From the NCBI GenBank assembly GCA_013239625.1, contig MU054120.1, forward strand, positions 186,001-250,000: a DNA stretch of 64,000 nt, given 5' to 3'. Of this stretch, positions 51,921 through 64,000 are shown one piece after another. Positions within the stretch are counted from its first letter, which is position 1, and each line of letters starts with the position of its first letter. Below the pieces are notes generated by a model, which saw only the letters and a list, made by a program, of their open reading frames with translations, searched no databases and was not told the DNA's origin. Both the position numbers and the translations under genes were made by a program. Origin of the DNA: Lama guanicoe. Lineage: Eukaryota.

Positions 51921-53159
51921 CGAAGTCTGGAAATAGTGACTTAGCAAAGGGCTAAAACCAGAGATTATCAGCCAAGAGATGAAGGTTTACGGAAAAATTG
52001 GAGCTTGATATCTATGCTAAGGAATGAGTAAGGCAGGAATTTGTAAGCATACTAAGGGACATTTGATAAGCAAACATCAGGATGTTCCTACGGCATTTTG
52101 CACAAAGCCATTCTACACTACCTAGGAGAAATTTTAGTTTCTGGCATGTTTACATTTTTTTTTGCCCTATTTCAAATACAAATATAGATTCTTTTCGTAG
52201 TCTATTGCTAATTTTACTTAGAATTTAGGCTGGGTGAAATTAGACATATATATTTAAGCTTGCATCCTAATTGACGTCTAATAAATAATTAAGTCTTATT
52301 GCAAATGTCAGTGGCTGAAAAACATTCACTGGATCTTTATATGTAGGAATTCATGAGGTCAAGGGATGAGAAAAAACTTTATAGGCTTGTGGAATGCATG
52401 AGGCAAAAAGAAATGGCAGATTTATGAAAATAAGAAGAGACCCATGTGACTGTATTTTAGTAATTATAAAAGAATTTATTAAGAAATAAATCTGCAAGGT
52501 AAGTGGTGGTATGTAATGAGAATTTTAATACCGTGCTCAGGACTTGAATCTTTTTCCTTCACAAAACGGAGAGGTCATTGAATTTTGTAGGGTTGACAAT
52601 GATTCGATAGAAGTCTAGCTAGAATGTGAATAAATCGTTTTGAGGGGAAGTGGACTGAAGGATTAGATATAGACATTGGAGAAAATGGACTTGGGGATTA
52701 GATACTAAACATAACTGGTAAGGCCCCATGGACACTAGAACAGAGACCACAGGAAGAGTGTGGTAGTTTACAGGGAGATGATTCGGTTGTAGGTTTCTTC
52801 TACAATTGCATTATTTTGCTTTTGTCTTCTGTCTTGATGAAAAGCAATTATGAAGAAAAATGCGACTTTCCCTCAGTGTACAAGTCAAAATCCTTTAACC
52901 AGTAAATCTCTAAAATCCATCCCTAATCCCTTTTCTGATCTTACCTACTGCTTCTCCCCGTCATCCTCTCTGTTCCAGCTGAGCAGAACTTCTCGCCCTT
53001 TCTTAACCTTGCCAGGCATGCTCTAAGCTCAGACCTTTCACGATGACTGTTTCCTTCGCTGGGGATGTTCTGCCTTCAGAAATCTGCGTGTCTTGTCCCT
53101 TTAACTCCTTCTGGTTTTCATGCAAATGTTGTGTTATCTACATTTTCCAGGAAGGAAGG

Positions 53160-53470
53160 CAGAGTAGTGGAAGTACTCTGTATGGTATTATAAGGGGGGA
53201 TCCATGTCATTATAAGTTTGCCCAAACCCACAGAATGCACAGCACCGAGAATAAGCCCTGAAATAAACCATAGGTTTTGGGTGATGATGATGTATCAACA
53301 CGGGCTCGTCTATTGTAACAAACATCCCACTCTGAGAAGGGCTATTGGTGATGAAGAAGGCTATGCACGTGTGGGTCAGTGGGTGCATGAGAGATAGCTA
53401 TACCTTCTGTTTAATTTTGCTGTGAGCTTAAAACTGTTCTAAAAAATAAATTCTATTTTAAAAAAAAAGT
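53160..53470 (+). mobile_element. L1MC1/2-like 3' UTR end
   Basis: actctgtatggtattataa...catgtcattata...caaacccacagaatgcacagcacc...ttttgctgtgagcttaaaactgttctaaaaaataaa plus an A-tail. Confidence 0.85.
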
Positions 53471-53804
53471 TAAAAGAGGGAGAGTAGGCTGGGAAAGGAT
53501 CTGAGGGGAAACTTCTGTGGTGCCAGTAATGTTCTTCTCTTGAACTGAATGTGTCCCCTGTGTCTAAGTCCAATAAACTGTATCCACGTGTCTACAATAG
53601 TAGACATGCATTTCAGCCTTTAGGCATGGCTTGTGTTTTGGATGTGTCTGACTCCACCAACATTAATTCATTATGTACATTCAAAGGATTGTAACATCTG
53701 AGATGACGTGGGAAACTATGTTTTGATTAGCACAGTTTTGCAGAGCACTTCATGGTTCTTAAAAAAAAGCAGTGCAGATTTCATTTCAAAATTTAACATA
53801 AACA

Positions 53805-53810
53805 TTTATT
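53805..53810 (-). promoter_or_regulatory. Candidate distal polyadenylation signal (AATAAA)
   Basis: Plus-strand tttatt, with a U8 tract (plus-strand A8 at 53761-53768) ~40 nt downstream on the mRNA strand. It lies at the boundary between repeat-poor and repeat-rich DNA. Confidence 0.5.
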
Positions 53811-54444
53811 TGTCATTTTAATTTTAATTTAATAAGCAATACTGGGTTTTATTACATATTATATAAATATATATGCATATACTTTCTAAGAAACAGCATA
53901 GGCCTGAAATAAAAATTAGTAAGCATTTAGAAATAATAATTAAAATACAAATAATAATAAAGTGCAAAGGAACATATACAGTGCTAAATTGCATAATTCA
54001 GATAAAAAGATGTAAATTTTTTTTGCACTCTTCTCCTTGCCTGCACTGCCCCCACCAAAAAAAGAAAGAAAGAAAAAAGAAAAGTCAGCAGACAGGAGCG
54101 CTTAAGATCAAGGTAAATACTGGAAGATAAGTAGCACCTTTAGTTAATAAAATGATTGTCAACATTTATTTCCAGTAGGCCAAAATGAGCACTTCTGATT
54201 TCGTAAAGAAAATAAAACTAGTTAATATATACCATAAAGTTTAGCTGCTGCATACTTCAACACTTGCATAGAATGTTTACCAACAAAATAAAAATAAATC
54301 TTCAAAACAGAATATCAATTTTAAGATAAAGAAAATGCTACAGGTGTTTGTTTTCCAAATTTTTAAAAATTAGCCAGAGAATTCCTCTAATATACATTCA
54401 GCTTGCATCATAGAATCCTGCAGGATTCATTTAATAATCTAGTT

Positions 54445-54570
54445 CCATCAATTCATTTCAATAAAGGAATTATTCTGTGCCTGGCCCCTTGCTAGGCATT
54501 AAAGTTGTCATTATAACTAAGATAACATCCTTGTCTACTGGGAGCTCACAGTCTAGTAAAGAGAGATGAA
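54445..54570 (-). mobile_element. L2 3' terminus
   Basis: attcatttcaataaa...tgtgcctggccccttgctaggca...ggagctcacagtctagt. Confidence 0.6.
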
Positions 54571-56324
54571 TTTGAAAATATATTAAAAACTGCAGGCAAA
54601 ATACATACCCACACAGAGTAATTCAACATTTGGTTCCAAGTTAGTTACATAGTGAAACTTAGAAACAACAATAGAGACTTTTTTTTTTTACAATAGAGAT
54701 TTCTAAAATATTATGTCCATATAATACCGTAATATAAATAAAAGTTAAGTGGTAAATGATTTAGTAGTCAAATAAGCTTGCTTAAAAATGAAGTTGGAAC
54801 ATACTGAACTAAATATATTTTTTAAATGATCAACAATATAATATATTTCTGATTTAAATAATTCTACATTCTGTTTAGATAAAAACCAAGTATGTGTATG
54901 GAAACGCTGGGCTAACTGGCATACCACTTTTGGTTAATTTTTTCCCAGGTTTTATTTGCCCAGTTCAGAACTATTATATAGACAAAAATTACAGACATAA
55001 ATATATATTCCAAGATCATCATAGTTACTTTAAGTACATTCATCTGTAAGAAGGCAACAAGAAGAGGGTTCTAGTCTTAAACTTTGACAGTCATTTACAT
55101 TAATTATTCTTTTATACCTTATTGATTTTTTTGAAAAGTGAAATATGTACAGTCATGATTTAGGTCATGTTACAAACAACTGGGTGGTCACCTTTGGCGT
55201 CAAGCAAAACTACCTTTCTCTTTAATTCACTCTCATAGTAATTGACAGACCATGTGACAGTATGATCATCTGCTCTGTGGTCTCGAAGATGCCTACAGAA
55301 CCAACAAATCAACCACATTTTAATTTTTTCACTTAACAATCATAAAAATACAGCCTAAGATGTAATTTGTATTTTTTAAAAATTCTATAGGTTAACCCCT
55401 GAATGCAATCCTGAAAAATTCTTGCAGAAGTTAGCTAGGTGTAGCTAGGCCAAGGAATGTGCAATGTCTGTCTTATTAGAAACATGTCATTAGGTAAAAC
55501 TTTCACCCCAATAGTCTTACTTTTAATACCTGCCCAAATGTAATAAAAAGATAAGAAAAAATATGTTGGAGGAATATAACTAGTAAATAAAACGGTTTCA
55601 AAAATTCCTCAAAAATGAGGAACTATTCATTCCAAGAAATGTTAATCAACATGGCTAGTTTAGAATAATTGAAGGAACGTGCTTTTAAATAAAGAGGTTC
55701 AAATCAAATGTAAAGTCTAAAAAATGTCTGAGAAGATCCTGCTCTTCCATCTTCAACATAGAAATTTCTATACCTGAATAATATATAAGTAACGTGCAAT
55801 CCCACTTTGATCATCATTGCAAAGAAAGGACCCTGTATTAAGTCGATGCGCTCATGGCAGTGACTGAAGCCCGCCCCCGTCACAGAGCCAGTGCCAGCTG
55901 AGAATCTGGATGTCAGTGTGGCCGAACCCAAACACATCACGGCAGATGTGTTTTAAGGCCCGATGCATGCAAAATTTTACTGTGACACATCAGTTTATCA
56001 AAACGTTTATCATGTATGTTCTTAGGGTAAATGTCCTTAACGAACTAAGCAACGAATCTTGAGTGCAGACTACTGTTTTCACACTTTCACAGAGTGAATT
56101 CCTCACAAGGACTGCTCTTTCCTTTCACCAGGGATCTTGTATTTAGAATTTTTTTTTATCTGGAATGAAATCAAAAGGGAAAAATCTAGAAAGAATATCT
56201 AGAGAAGATGGGGGCTGGAAGTAGACGGGATCTCACATAACAGAAACTAGTTTTAACTGTTGTAAATTTGCTATTGTCATCTAGGTGAAATGACCACTTA
56301 TTTTTTGCAGTTTATAATCTAGCA

Positions 56325-56465
56325 GATGGCCATTTATTTGTGCTTCTTTTCGTGTTAAGCACTGTAGTAAGCACTTGACGTGTATGATTTAATGTTCATT
56401 ACCGCCCTATGAAGTAGCTAAAGTTCTTACGTTTATAGTGAGGACATTAAGGTACAGAGGGGCTC
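56325..56465 (-). mobile_element. MIR fragment
   Basis: catttatttgtgctt...gcactgtagtaagcactt...ccctatgaagtag...tttatagtgaggacattaaggtacagag. Confidence 0.65.
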
Positions 56466-59400
56466 ATATAATCTTCTATGGCGTTTCAAACTTGTTTCCA
56501 TGGTGCAATGACCATTTAAGAAGAAATATGTTGGAGATCTTATCCTAGTCATCCTCAGACTGTTAAATCAACAAATGCAGTTGCCCTGTTCTCCTCAGCA
56601 CTGTCCAAGGGCAACAATCTCTTGGATACAAGTTAACAATGTAACAAACTTGTAGTGCACCCTCTGTGCTCTGGCTTGATGCTTTTAGAAAACAAGTAAG
56701 TGAATAAAACATGAACATAGGCAAAAAAGGAATTAATGAAATATTGACACATGGATTCTATAAACAAATTGGTAAGTTTTTTTTAGTGACTTACATACTG
56801 CTATAGCAACACACATTGTGCAAAATCCTTCATCCCTGTAGTTGTTTGTCCAGCTCACTTAGAATCATCTGCTGTAGGAATCGGGAAATAGTCTTCAAAT
56901 TAAATTTATAAATGGCATTTTGCAAAGTATGATTCAATTAGGAGAAATACAGTCATTTTGTAAATAAAGGACTTATCAAGTAAGGTTAGAATATGTGTTT
57001 CCAGGAAAATATATATTTACTTTATATTCACCATTACAAACAAGATGGTTAATGGGGGAAAAAATAGACTAAGAGTTAAACGACCTGGTTCTATTTCCAA
57101 CTCTGCATTTACTCGCAGGACAAATACATGTTTAGGCAAAGCGCTCACCTGTTCTCGTCTTACTCTCTCAAAATACAGATATCTAACAAAACTAACTTAA
57201 ATGTATCAAAACCAAAATACAGCACAAATCAAAATACAATGGCATTTAATGCTTAGAAAATAAACACTCTGGTTCTCATGTCCTTTCTCACTAAATCCAG
57301 AAATATTCATGCTTTAGTTAGACATAGAAAGCACCTACCAGAAAAATAAAGCCCATTAAATAACGTCAGAAATGTGTACTCTAATGAACAAGCTCTACAA
57401 ACTGAGACTAAAATGTTTTCTAGATGCATATAAAAGTAAAGCAACAACAAAAATACTCAGAATAAAAAAGTTTAATCAGAAGAATATGTCTGAAAATTTC
57501 ACCCTGAAATTCATACGAGATCAGCATTCCATTCTTTTGTTCATCTTAAAAGAACTTTTTACTGACTTATGTCTCAGTAGAAAGTTGGGTACCTGTTTTC
57601 AAATAGAGCTGTTTTGCCATATTTGAATTTAAAACAAAGAAACAAAGAAACAAAAACTTGCTTTACCATGTGAAGAAAAACATTTGCTGATACGGTGATG
57701 AATTTATGATCACTGAATCTTACCTACTGAAATTCTCCTGAACATTACTTTCCTTATTAATGAATATATATGAAGACTGAAAAACATGGAGATCATTGCA
57801 AGTAGGAGAAGTATAATTAAACCCACCAAAGAGACAAAATGCTATACTAAAAAGTCCATAATTAGATAAAAATGCTAAAGACATTATGAAAAAAGATGAA
57901 AGAAAAGTAATTTTTGAAAATAACTATAGGAAAAAAGGAGGGGAGGAAGGTAGGCAGCATGGGTTGGGATGGGAGAAATAATTTGCTCTAAAATAATTTT
58001 CATATGCTCTGTTAAAATAAAATTTTTTTTGCAATATTACTTTTCCTCTTAAGGTCGAGACCTAAAATTATGATTCTCATTACAATGATCATTCTTCCGT
58101 GAACTGCACATAATTGTGAAATAAAGTGAAGGCAAAGCAGAAGACTGAGAAAACCAGACCATAGGACTGTGTAAAGCGTTACAACCTGATATACAATTTG
58201 ATAACAAAGAAGAGAAAGTCAGAACTACCAAAAATGTGAACTCAGCAAATTATTGATTTTTTAAAAAATTATCAACAAAGATAGTTTGTGTTTTGATTAT
58301 ACAGGCATTATAATTACCAACAATTGGGGCTTTTCAGCTTTTAAGTGCATTGCTCAAACATGAGATTATGCCCGTAAATATGTAGGACTCAAACCTAAAA
58401 AATAAGTGAGATGAGTAAAGTAAAGCTTGTAATCTCAATTTTTATCGCAACAATTTTGATGCTTTTTGGTACTGGGAGTTGTTACAGTAAGGAATCTACT
58501 TGGTAACAGTATGATGTGTCAGTGATGTCTCTGCACTGAAAGAGCCTACAGGACGGTATGTAATGACGGCATGCAGTGATGATAAGCTTTGTTTCTCAAA
58601 GTTCCAGGCACTTTAAGAAAATTAGAAACATCCTGAATAGTGTCAAGGACAGAACAATCTGTTTTTCTAGATTCTTAAAAGTCATATTCAATTACCTATT
58701 CATCATGCCTAAGGAAAAGTCATAATAACAGAAACATTATCTAGAACATAAGCACCTTCCTTATCCCGGAAACCTCAAGTCACACGAGTTCCCCTATTTG
58801 TGAACATGAGTGGTTACAGCCGAAAGTGGACACTGCCGACCCCAGGAACGTGGCCGTTCCTGCAAATCAAACAAACAAGACCAGGTGCGGCATGAGTGAC
58901 TTTGTGCAAGATGTAAGACACTGGAAGTGCACCATCTGAGATAGCGTTAAGGAGAACAGTATTCCAAGGATGTCAGAAATCCAGGTGGAGAGGACAAAAG
59001 CAATGCACTCATTCTCGCTATAGAACAACGGGACAGAAGGAGAATGACAATGTTCAGGGACACTTGAAAAACCAGTTACGGTGTAGGAACAGTTGCAGTA
59101 AGTGATGAAAATAAATATATACTGTATAGATGAGCCAAATTATTTGTACCTCATAAACCTTTTACAATTTTTTGGTAGTTTGGGTTGAACCTATAAGTGG
59201 GAATCACTATAATTCTGAATATAATGTTTCACAGTAAGTACATTTTATTTTTGAGTCATAATAAGTAGCAACTAATATGGGAATTACTTGTCCATAAAGA
59301 AAATAGCATTTTTCTTCTGAATCCAACTTCAGGGAAAATATATTATGCTTGAGTCATATAAATGTCATTATTTTTACAAAAAAAGTCACAATGAAGCAAT

Positions 59401-62400
59401 TATGGCTACTATACAATCGTTACCATCGTTGGGGATAATTTGCTTTGGTTAGAAAGGCAGGCAATTTGAAATTACATATTCAGGTTATAGCAAACACAGT
59501 CTCTAATAAACACTCAATAAATCATAATACAAATTGCAGTTAAAGCTAATTGGTTCATCACATAAGGTCTAATTTTTTTTGCATCTGTATTTTGTCTACC
59601 TTTGTATCTCTAGCTTCTATGGGGAGACAGCGTGGCAGTGAACACCCTAGGGGCTCTTTCTAGTTTTAGATAAACCTGAGTTTTAGTTCTGGTTCTGTGT
59701 TCTGTCACATACTACCTTTTAACTTAGGGTAATTTGCTGAACTTCCTTGTTTTGTTTCACCCATTTATTCCACCAGGCCAACAGCCTCCACTTCTGATTT
59801 GGTTTGAATATTAAAAGGTACTTCGCAGGCAAAATGCAGGACACATAAAGATTCGTTTCCTTTCCCTATTAAACTGAGCCTAGCAATCATGACTGTTTAT
59901 TTTGTTATATTAAAAGCCTGCAACATGTTAAGATGTTTTTTTTTAAAGGTAATTTTGGATGGAAAATAAGTTTCAACTAACTGATTAAGTGTTTCTCTGC
60001 ATTTTATGACATCAATATAAAATGTATCAATATAAAAACATTTGCATCATACATCTTATGGTCTTTTTTCCTATATCCTCAGTTGTCATGTACACCCAGA
60101 GAAGGATAAGTAAAAAATACGTAGATTTTTAAAGTGCATATTCAAATATATCAAACCAAAGTATTTCACTTATTACCTAGCGTCCAGGGGAGAGCCAGGA
60201 GATAAGGTGGTTAGAACTCGATACTAAAGAAGTGAAATTCACAAGCAATGTGAATTTACACTGAGAAAACATCGTCTTCCCATATGAAGCACACCAGTAT
60301 GACCCACTGTCCCTTAAATGTGTTCTGATTGGTTCCTAAAAGGATCAGGAAAGAGGATGGTGATGTGTCAGGGCATGTCTAAGCCCCATATTCCATCCAC
60401 AAATTAGTAAAGGCATATTTAAGATTAAACAGTGAAAAATATGAGGTGTCTTGTTATCTGAAATGAAAAAATACTTAAACCAGCCAGTGGTCATGAACTG
60501 CTTTGGTACCCTGGTTTATGACAGCCTTCCTCCTGCACAAGCCCATGAGAGAATGGACGACAAGGGCTCATTCGTACTCTCTGACTCTGCTTCATGACAT
60601 CGTGAACGTCTAAACCGTGTCATTCTCTAGGGGAAGAAATATGTTCTGCACCAATTGTTGCTGACACGGGAGCCAACTGTATCTCCTCCTCTTATGCAAC
60701 TTTATAATAATAAATGTTCGAGGTTGATCGTCTCTTCTCACTCTTTGAAAGATTCTGTTGGAGGAGCAAATATTCTAACAAGTTCAAGGGATTTGGGAGA
60801 GTAAACGACTTGACACACTTATTTGACCCTGAAACAATTCTGAATCCTGTGTGTGAGTTTACATCACTCTTTCAAGTGTGTTCTGATTTAATTTTCAATG
60901 TTCATGCACGAGAGTTAAGATGTGTGCATATCTGTAACTCTGTGCAGTGCTGCTGCCAGGCACGACTGGATACATACATCATGTCATGAGCTTTGAATGT
61001 GCAATTTTACTCCCCTTTCTTTTTTTTTTTAGCAATTTAACATAATCGGTGTCAGAAATGACAAGTTAAAGGTTACCAAAGAGCAACAGAACACGTACAA
61101 CTTGGTTGTGACTTGATAAGAACCTCATCAGTAAGTAAATAAACCTCCTTCCAAGGAGAAAGCCACTGGAAGGCACCCACCAGGAGGTGACAAAAAGGAC
61201 TGTCGCCTTAGGGCTAAAACCCCAGGCTAGATCATGACTTGCCTGGAGTGGGGAGTCTAATATCTATAATAATTTAAATAGGTACCTTCTGAGAATTCAA
61301 GTCATTCTGTGGAAATATTTCAGAGTGGAAAGTTACTACACAGTTTATGATGTCACATGTCCTATGACAAGTCAGAGTTGAGTACAAAAGCGCTAATAAT
61401 ATGAAAATAGACTTAAGACTGGATGAAAATAAATTAAAAACAACTATATACTGTCACATTTTCCCTGATTTATTTACCCATGGGATTGGCACATACTGTT
61501 TTAATTAACAGTTTAAAAATACAAATACCTCTCTCTATGCAAAAAAAAGTGACTGTCAAATGAAATATGGAATTTTATCTAGCTCGCTAAATGTGAGCTT
61601 CATGCTTAAACGGGGCCAGAATTTTACACATCAAATCCTTAATGTTAACTCTCACAAAAGCCTGGTATCCAAGGGCATTTTTAAAGGAAATAAAGAATAG
61701 CACCTGCCTCTACTGCAATAATAATACTAATAAAAAAGAAGAGCGAGTTCCTTTTGACATCTTAAGAATGACATTACTTCAATCATCAAGCACTAAATGC
61801 TTTTTTATTCATCACGATCTCATTTCAACTTCAGAATTAGAGATGGAAATATAACTTTGATCTAATGCGTACATTTTCTTATTTAAAAGTCCTTTATCAC
61901 TCAAAATGGTATTTATAGTTCCGAATGCACAAATCTATCCTATGCCTCTGTATTCAAGAGCAAGTCAGATTCCCAGTGTCTTCACAGTTATGAAAATTGA
62001 GAAACTGCTAATGTTAACCTGGGTTGCAATATTGCAAGCTTCCTTCTATCCAGTTGTAAATTACAACCTGCACTTTCCAAGTAACTCTTGAGGCACACAC
62101 AACCTCCAGTGCTAGCAGGCTTTTCTGTCTCCCGGTTTAGTTATGTTCACAGGCAGCGGGAAGCCTAACCAGCCATCAGCCGAGGGCGGGATTTTCAAGT
62201 GCTACCTTTCTTATAATAGAAGACGTTTTAGGTGGCTGAGTGAAAAGCCTGTTTTGATCTCTGGCTTTTGCTTTTGCATGTTGGGGTGGGGAGGGAAACG
62301 CGAGCCCCTGGAGGGCTCCCACTCTTCGTTTACTCAGCTGGATTACTCCTAACAGTAGCCCCCTGATCACCACTGTATGTTGGGTGCTGCCCATTTGTAA

Positions 62401-62853
62401 GCCTGGCTACCAGGATTCCAGTTGATTCCACTTTGATGTCTCAGGATGGTCGTGAGTCTGGATTGAGTCTGATGAAAAGAAATCCCTGATTATTACTTTC
62501 TGAATTACTAAAATCCTGTCAAAAATCAATGGACATAGCTCATTCCTAGGGTCATTTTGGCTTTTAATTTGATTTACGTATTAGTTTATACTGCAAATTA
62601 TTTGAGGATTCTATTTGCTAACACCAGGTATGCATGGCCCCCTTCAAAGAAATCATGTGCATGCATGAATCAAATCTGACAGTGCTCAGAAATAATGGTT
62701 TAAAATGGAGGGTTTTTTTTTTCCAAATTTATTTCATATATGCAAATGCCTTTTTTTTTACAGCAGTTAGCTGCAATTTCAAATTAAGATCATCCTCATT
62801 TTCACCCATGTTCTTATCTTTAAAATCCACACTGAAAAGTAGTATGCAAATTC

Positions 62854-62859
62854 TTTATT
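62854..62859 (-). promoter_or_regulatory. Candidate proximal polyadenylation signal (AATAAA)
   Basis: Plus-strand tttatt ~550 nt downstream of the stop; on the mRNA strand it is followed by the U/GU-rich ttttcagtgtggatttt. Confidence 0.5.
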
Positions 62860-63410
62860 CTCCATGGATTTTTTTTTTAAGTTAAAAAAAAATAACAGTG
62901 ATAATATTCTTTTTGAACTTTTTTTTGTTCCAGATACCCTGTGTGCTTGTTCTGAAGTGTGTGAAAGTCTGTGTGTGTGAGCGTGTTTGGGAACAATTCA
63001 TTTCCTTCAATTCCATTTCACACTTTAATATCAAATGAAAAATGAAATGTGGCGAGGGTATTCTTAAAGGATTAAACATACTCCTTCCAACTACTTAAAC
63101 CAGGGGTTTGGGATTCAGATCTCTATAACCAAGACTGGAAGTCACTGGAAGACTTTAAAATTATTTTAACTACCACAACTAGAGTCATGTATGGAAATAA
63201 ACCCATTGCATGAATTCTTTATATACATAATCTCAAAATTAAACCGCCCAAATAAGTTTTAAAAAGCAAACATTTAAAATTTGCCATTAAGGAAAATCTC
63301 ATCTCCATCCTTAATTATGACTCTTCATTTCAACTAAAAGCTTCCAATACTTTGAAAATAAAATATGCCTATGAAAGTCATAAACCCTGAAATCAGAGAT
63401 GTAATTCTGG

Positions 63411-63751
63411 TTAAATATTAGTTTCTCTTTCTGAGGGATTAACCTCTGATCCCAGATCTTCGCCGCTAGTATCATGATTTTTCGAAGTGTTCAAGGGTTC
63501 AGATTCTAAGGGATTAACCCCTGATCTCGGACTTCTGAAACTTGTGACATCAACATCATGACTTTTTGATGTGCTCAAGGGTTTCGATTCTTGGAACTCA
63601 GGCTTATGTGCGTCCTCCAACCTCTTTTCCTTGGCGAGCAGTCTGTAGTTGATAGCATTGCCAATGAGCAGCCACACACTGGATGTGAACACAATAGCTC
63701 CACAGACCATATACATATATTTGTATTGGCCGGTTTCATCCACCAATTTAC
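63411..63751 (-). CDS. SLC16A7: Last coding exon of monocarboxylate transporter 2 (MCT2): TM12 and cytoplasmic C-terminal tail; upstream exons lie beyond the window
   Basis: The translation GKLVDETGQYKYMYMVCGAIVFTSSVWLLIGNAINYRLLAKE...ERETNI* matches the recalled MCT2 C-terminus (human GKLVDLTGEYKYMYMSCGAIVVAASVWLLIGNAINYRLLAKE...ERETNI). The minus-strand splice acceptor is gttctttgtcttttAG|GT AAA TTG (AG at 63753-63752), with a split Gly codon. Stop TAA at 63413-63411. The first ~16 codons of the ORF-track ORF are intronic. Confidence 0.96.
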
Positions 63752-64000
63752 CTAAAAGACAAAGAACATCTTTTAAGATAGCATAATAAAACAGCCACAA
63801 AATGATAACATTTTCAAATAAATTCTTCCCTACACCGGGTACCTATTTCTTATTTAAGGTAATATGATGAGAGTTTAATAAAGAAAAAAATAGTCCAGAT
63901 TATGATTTCCTATATGCATAGTAAAGGCATCTATAGTATATTAAATTATATATGTTAAATTAAATATGTTGAATGTATTGAAAATTATTTCCCTCAATAA
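63752..64000 (-). other. SLC16A7: 3' end of the last SLC16A7 intron
   Basis: Pyrimidine tract plus AG immediately upstream of the exon on the minus strand; AT-rich non-coding sequence. Confidence 0.9.

Larger units (their letters stand above)
53785..63410 (-). other. SLC16A7: Putative long (~9.6 kb) 3' UTR of SLC16A7
   Basis: Follows the stop codon. I recognised only ancient MIR/L2 fragments here and no L1/LTR, unlike the DNA left of 53470. It ends at a minus-strand AATAAA (53810-53805) with a U-rich tract downstream. SLC16A7 is known for very long 3' UTR isoforms. The distal end is inferred. Confidence 0.6.

Noticed and set aside
63752..63800. N-terminal part (MWLFYYAILKDVLCLL) of ORF 63411..63800
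   Set aside because: It lies upstream of the splice acceptor, so it is intronic read-through and not part of MCT2.
1..64000. CRISPR arrays, operons or other prokaryotic-type systems
   Set aside because: This is mammalian DNA with no repeat-spacer arrays or dense gene clusters; the remaining short ORFs are consistent with chance or repeat-derived frames.

Overview
AT-rich mammalian genomic DNA, almost certainly camelid: there is a vic-1-type tRNA-derived SINE at ~39657-39812 and young camelid-type L1 3' ends. The only supportable protein-coding sequence is the last coding exon of SLC16A7 (MCT2, monocarboxylate transporter 2) on the minus strand at 63411-63751. A long 3' UTR probably follows it down to ~53790. 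The remaining ~54 kb is downstream intergenic DNA packed with transposon fossils: L2, MIR, L1 of several ages, MLT1A/MER21/MER74/LTR33/ERVL pieces, Tigger1/Tigger2 derivatives, MER5A and a ~1.6 kb decayed hAT/Charlie transposase. I found no convincing new multi-gene system. The most notable observations are (1) an in-frame tandem duplication lengthening the MCT2 cytoplasmic C-terminal tail, (2) a Tigger2 element split by a poly(A)-tailed insert carrying much older L2 DNA, (3) proximal and distal poly(A) sites plus hairpins in the 3' UTR, (4) RFX and AP-1 motif clusters, and (5) several tiny retro-insertions with TSDs. Repeat family names come from recognising consensus motifs by eye, and repeat boundaries are approximate.
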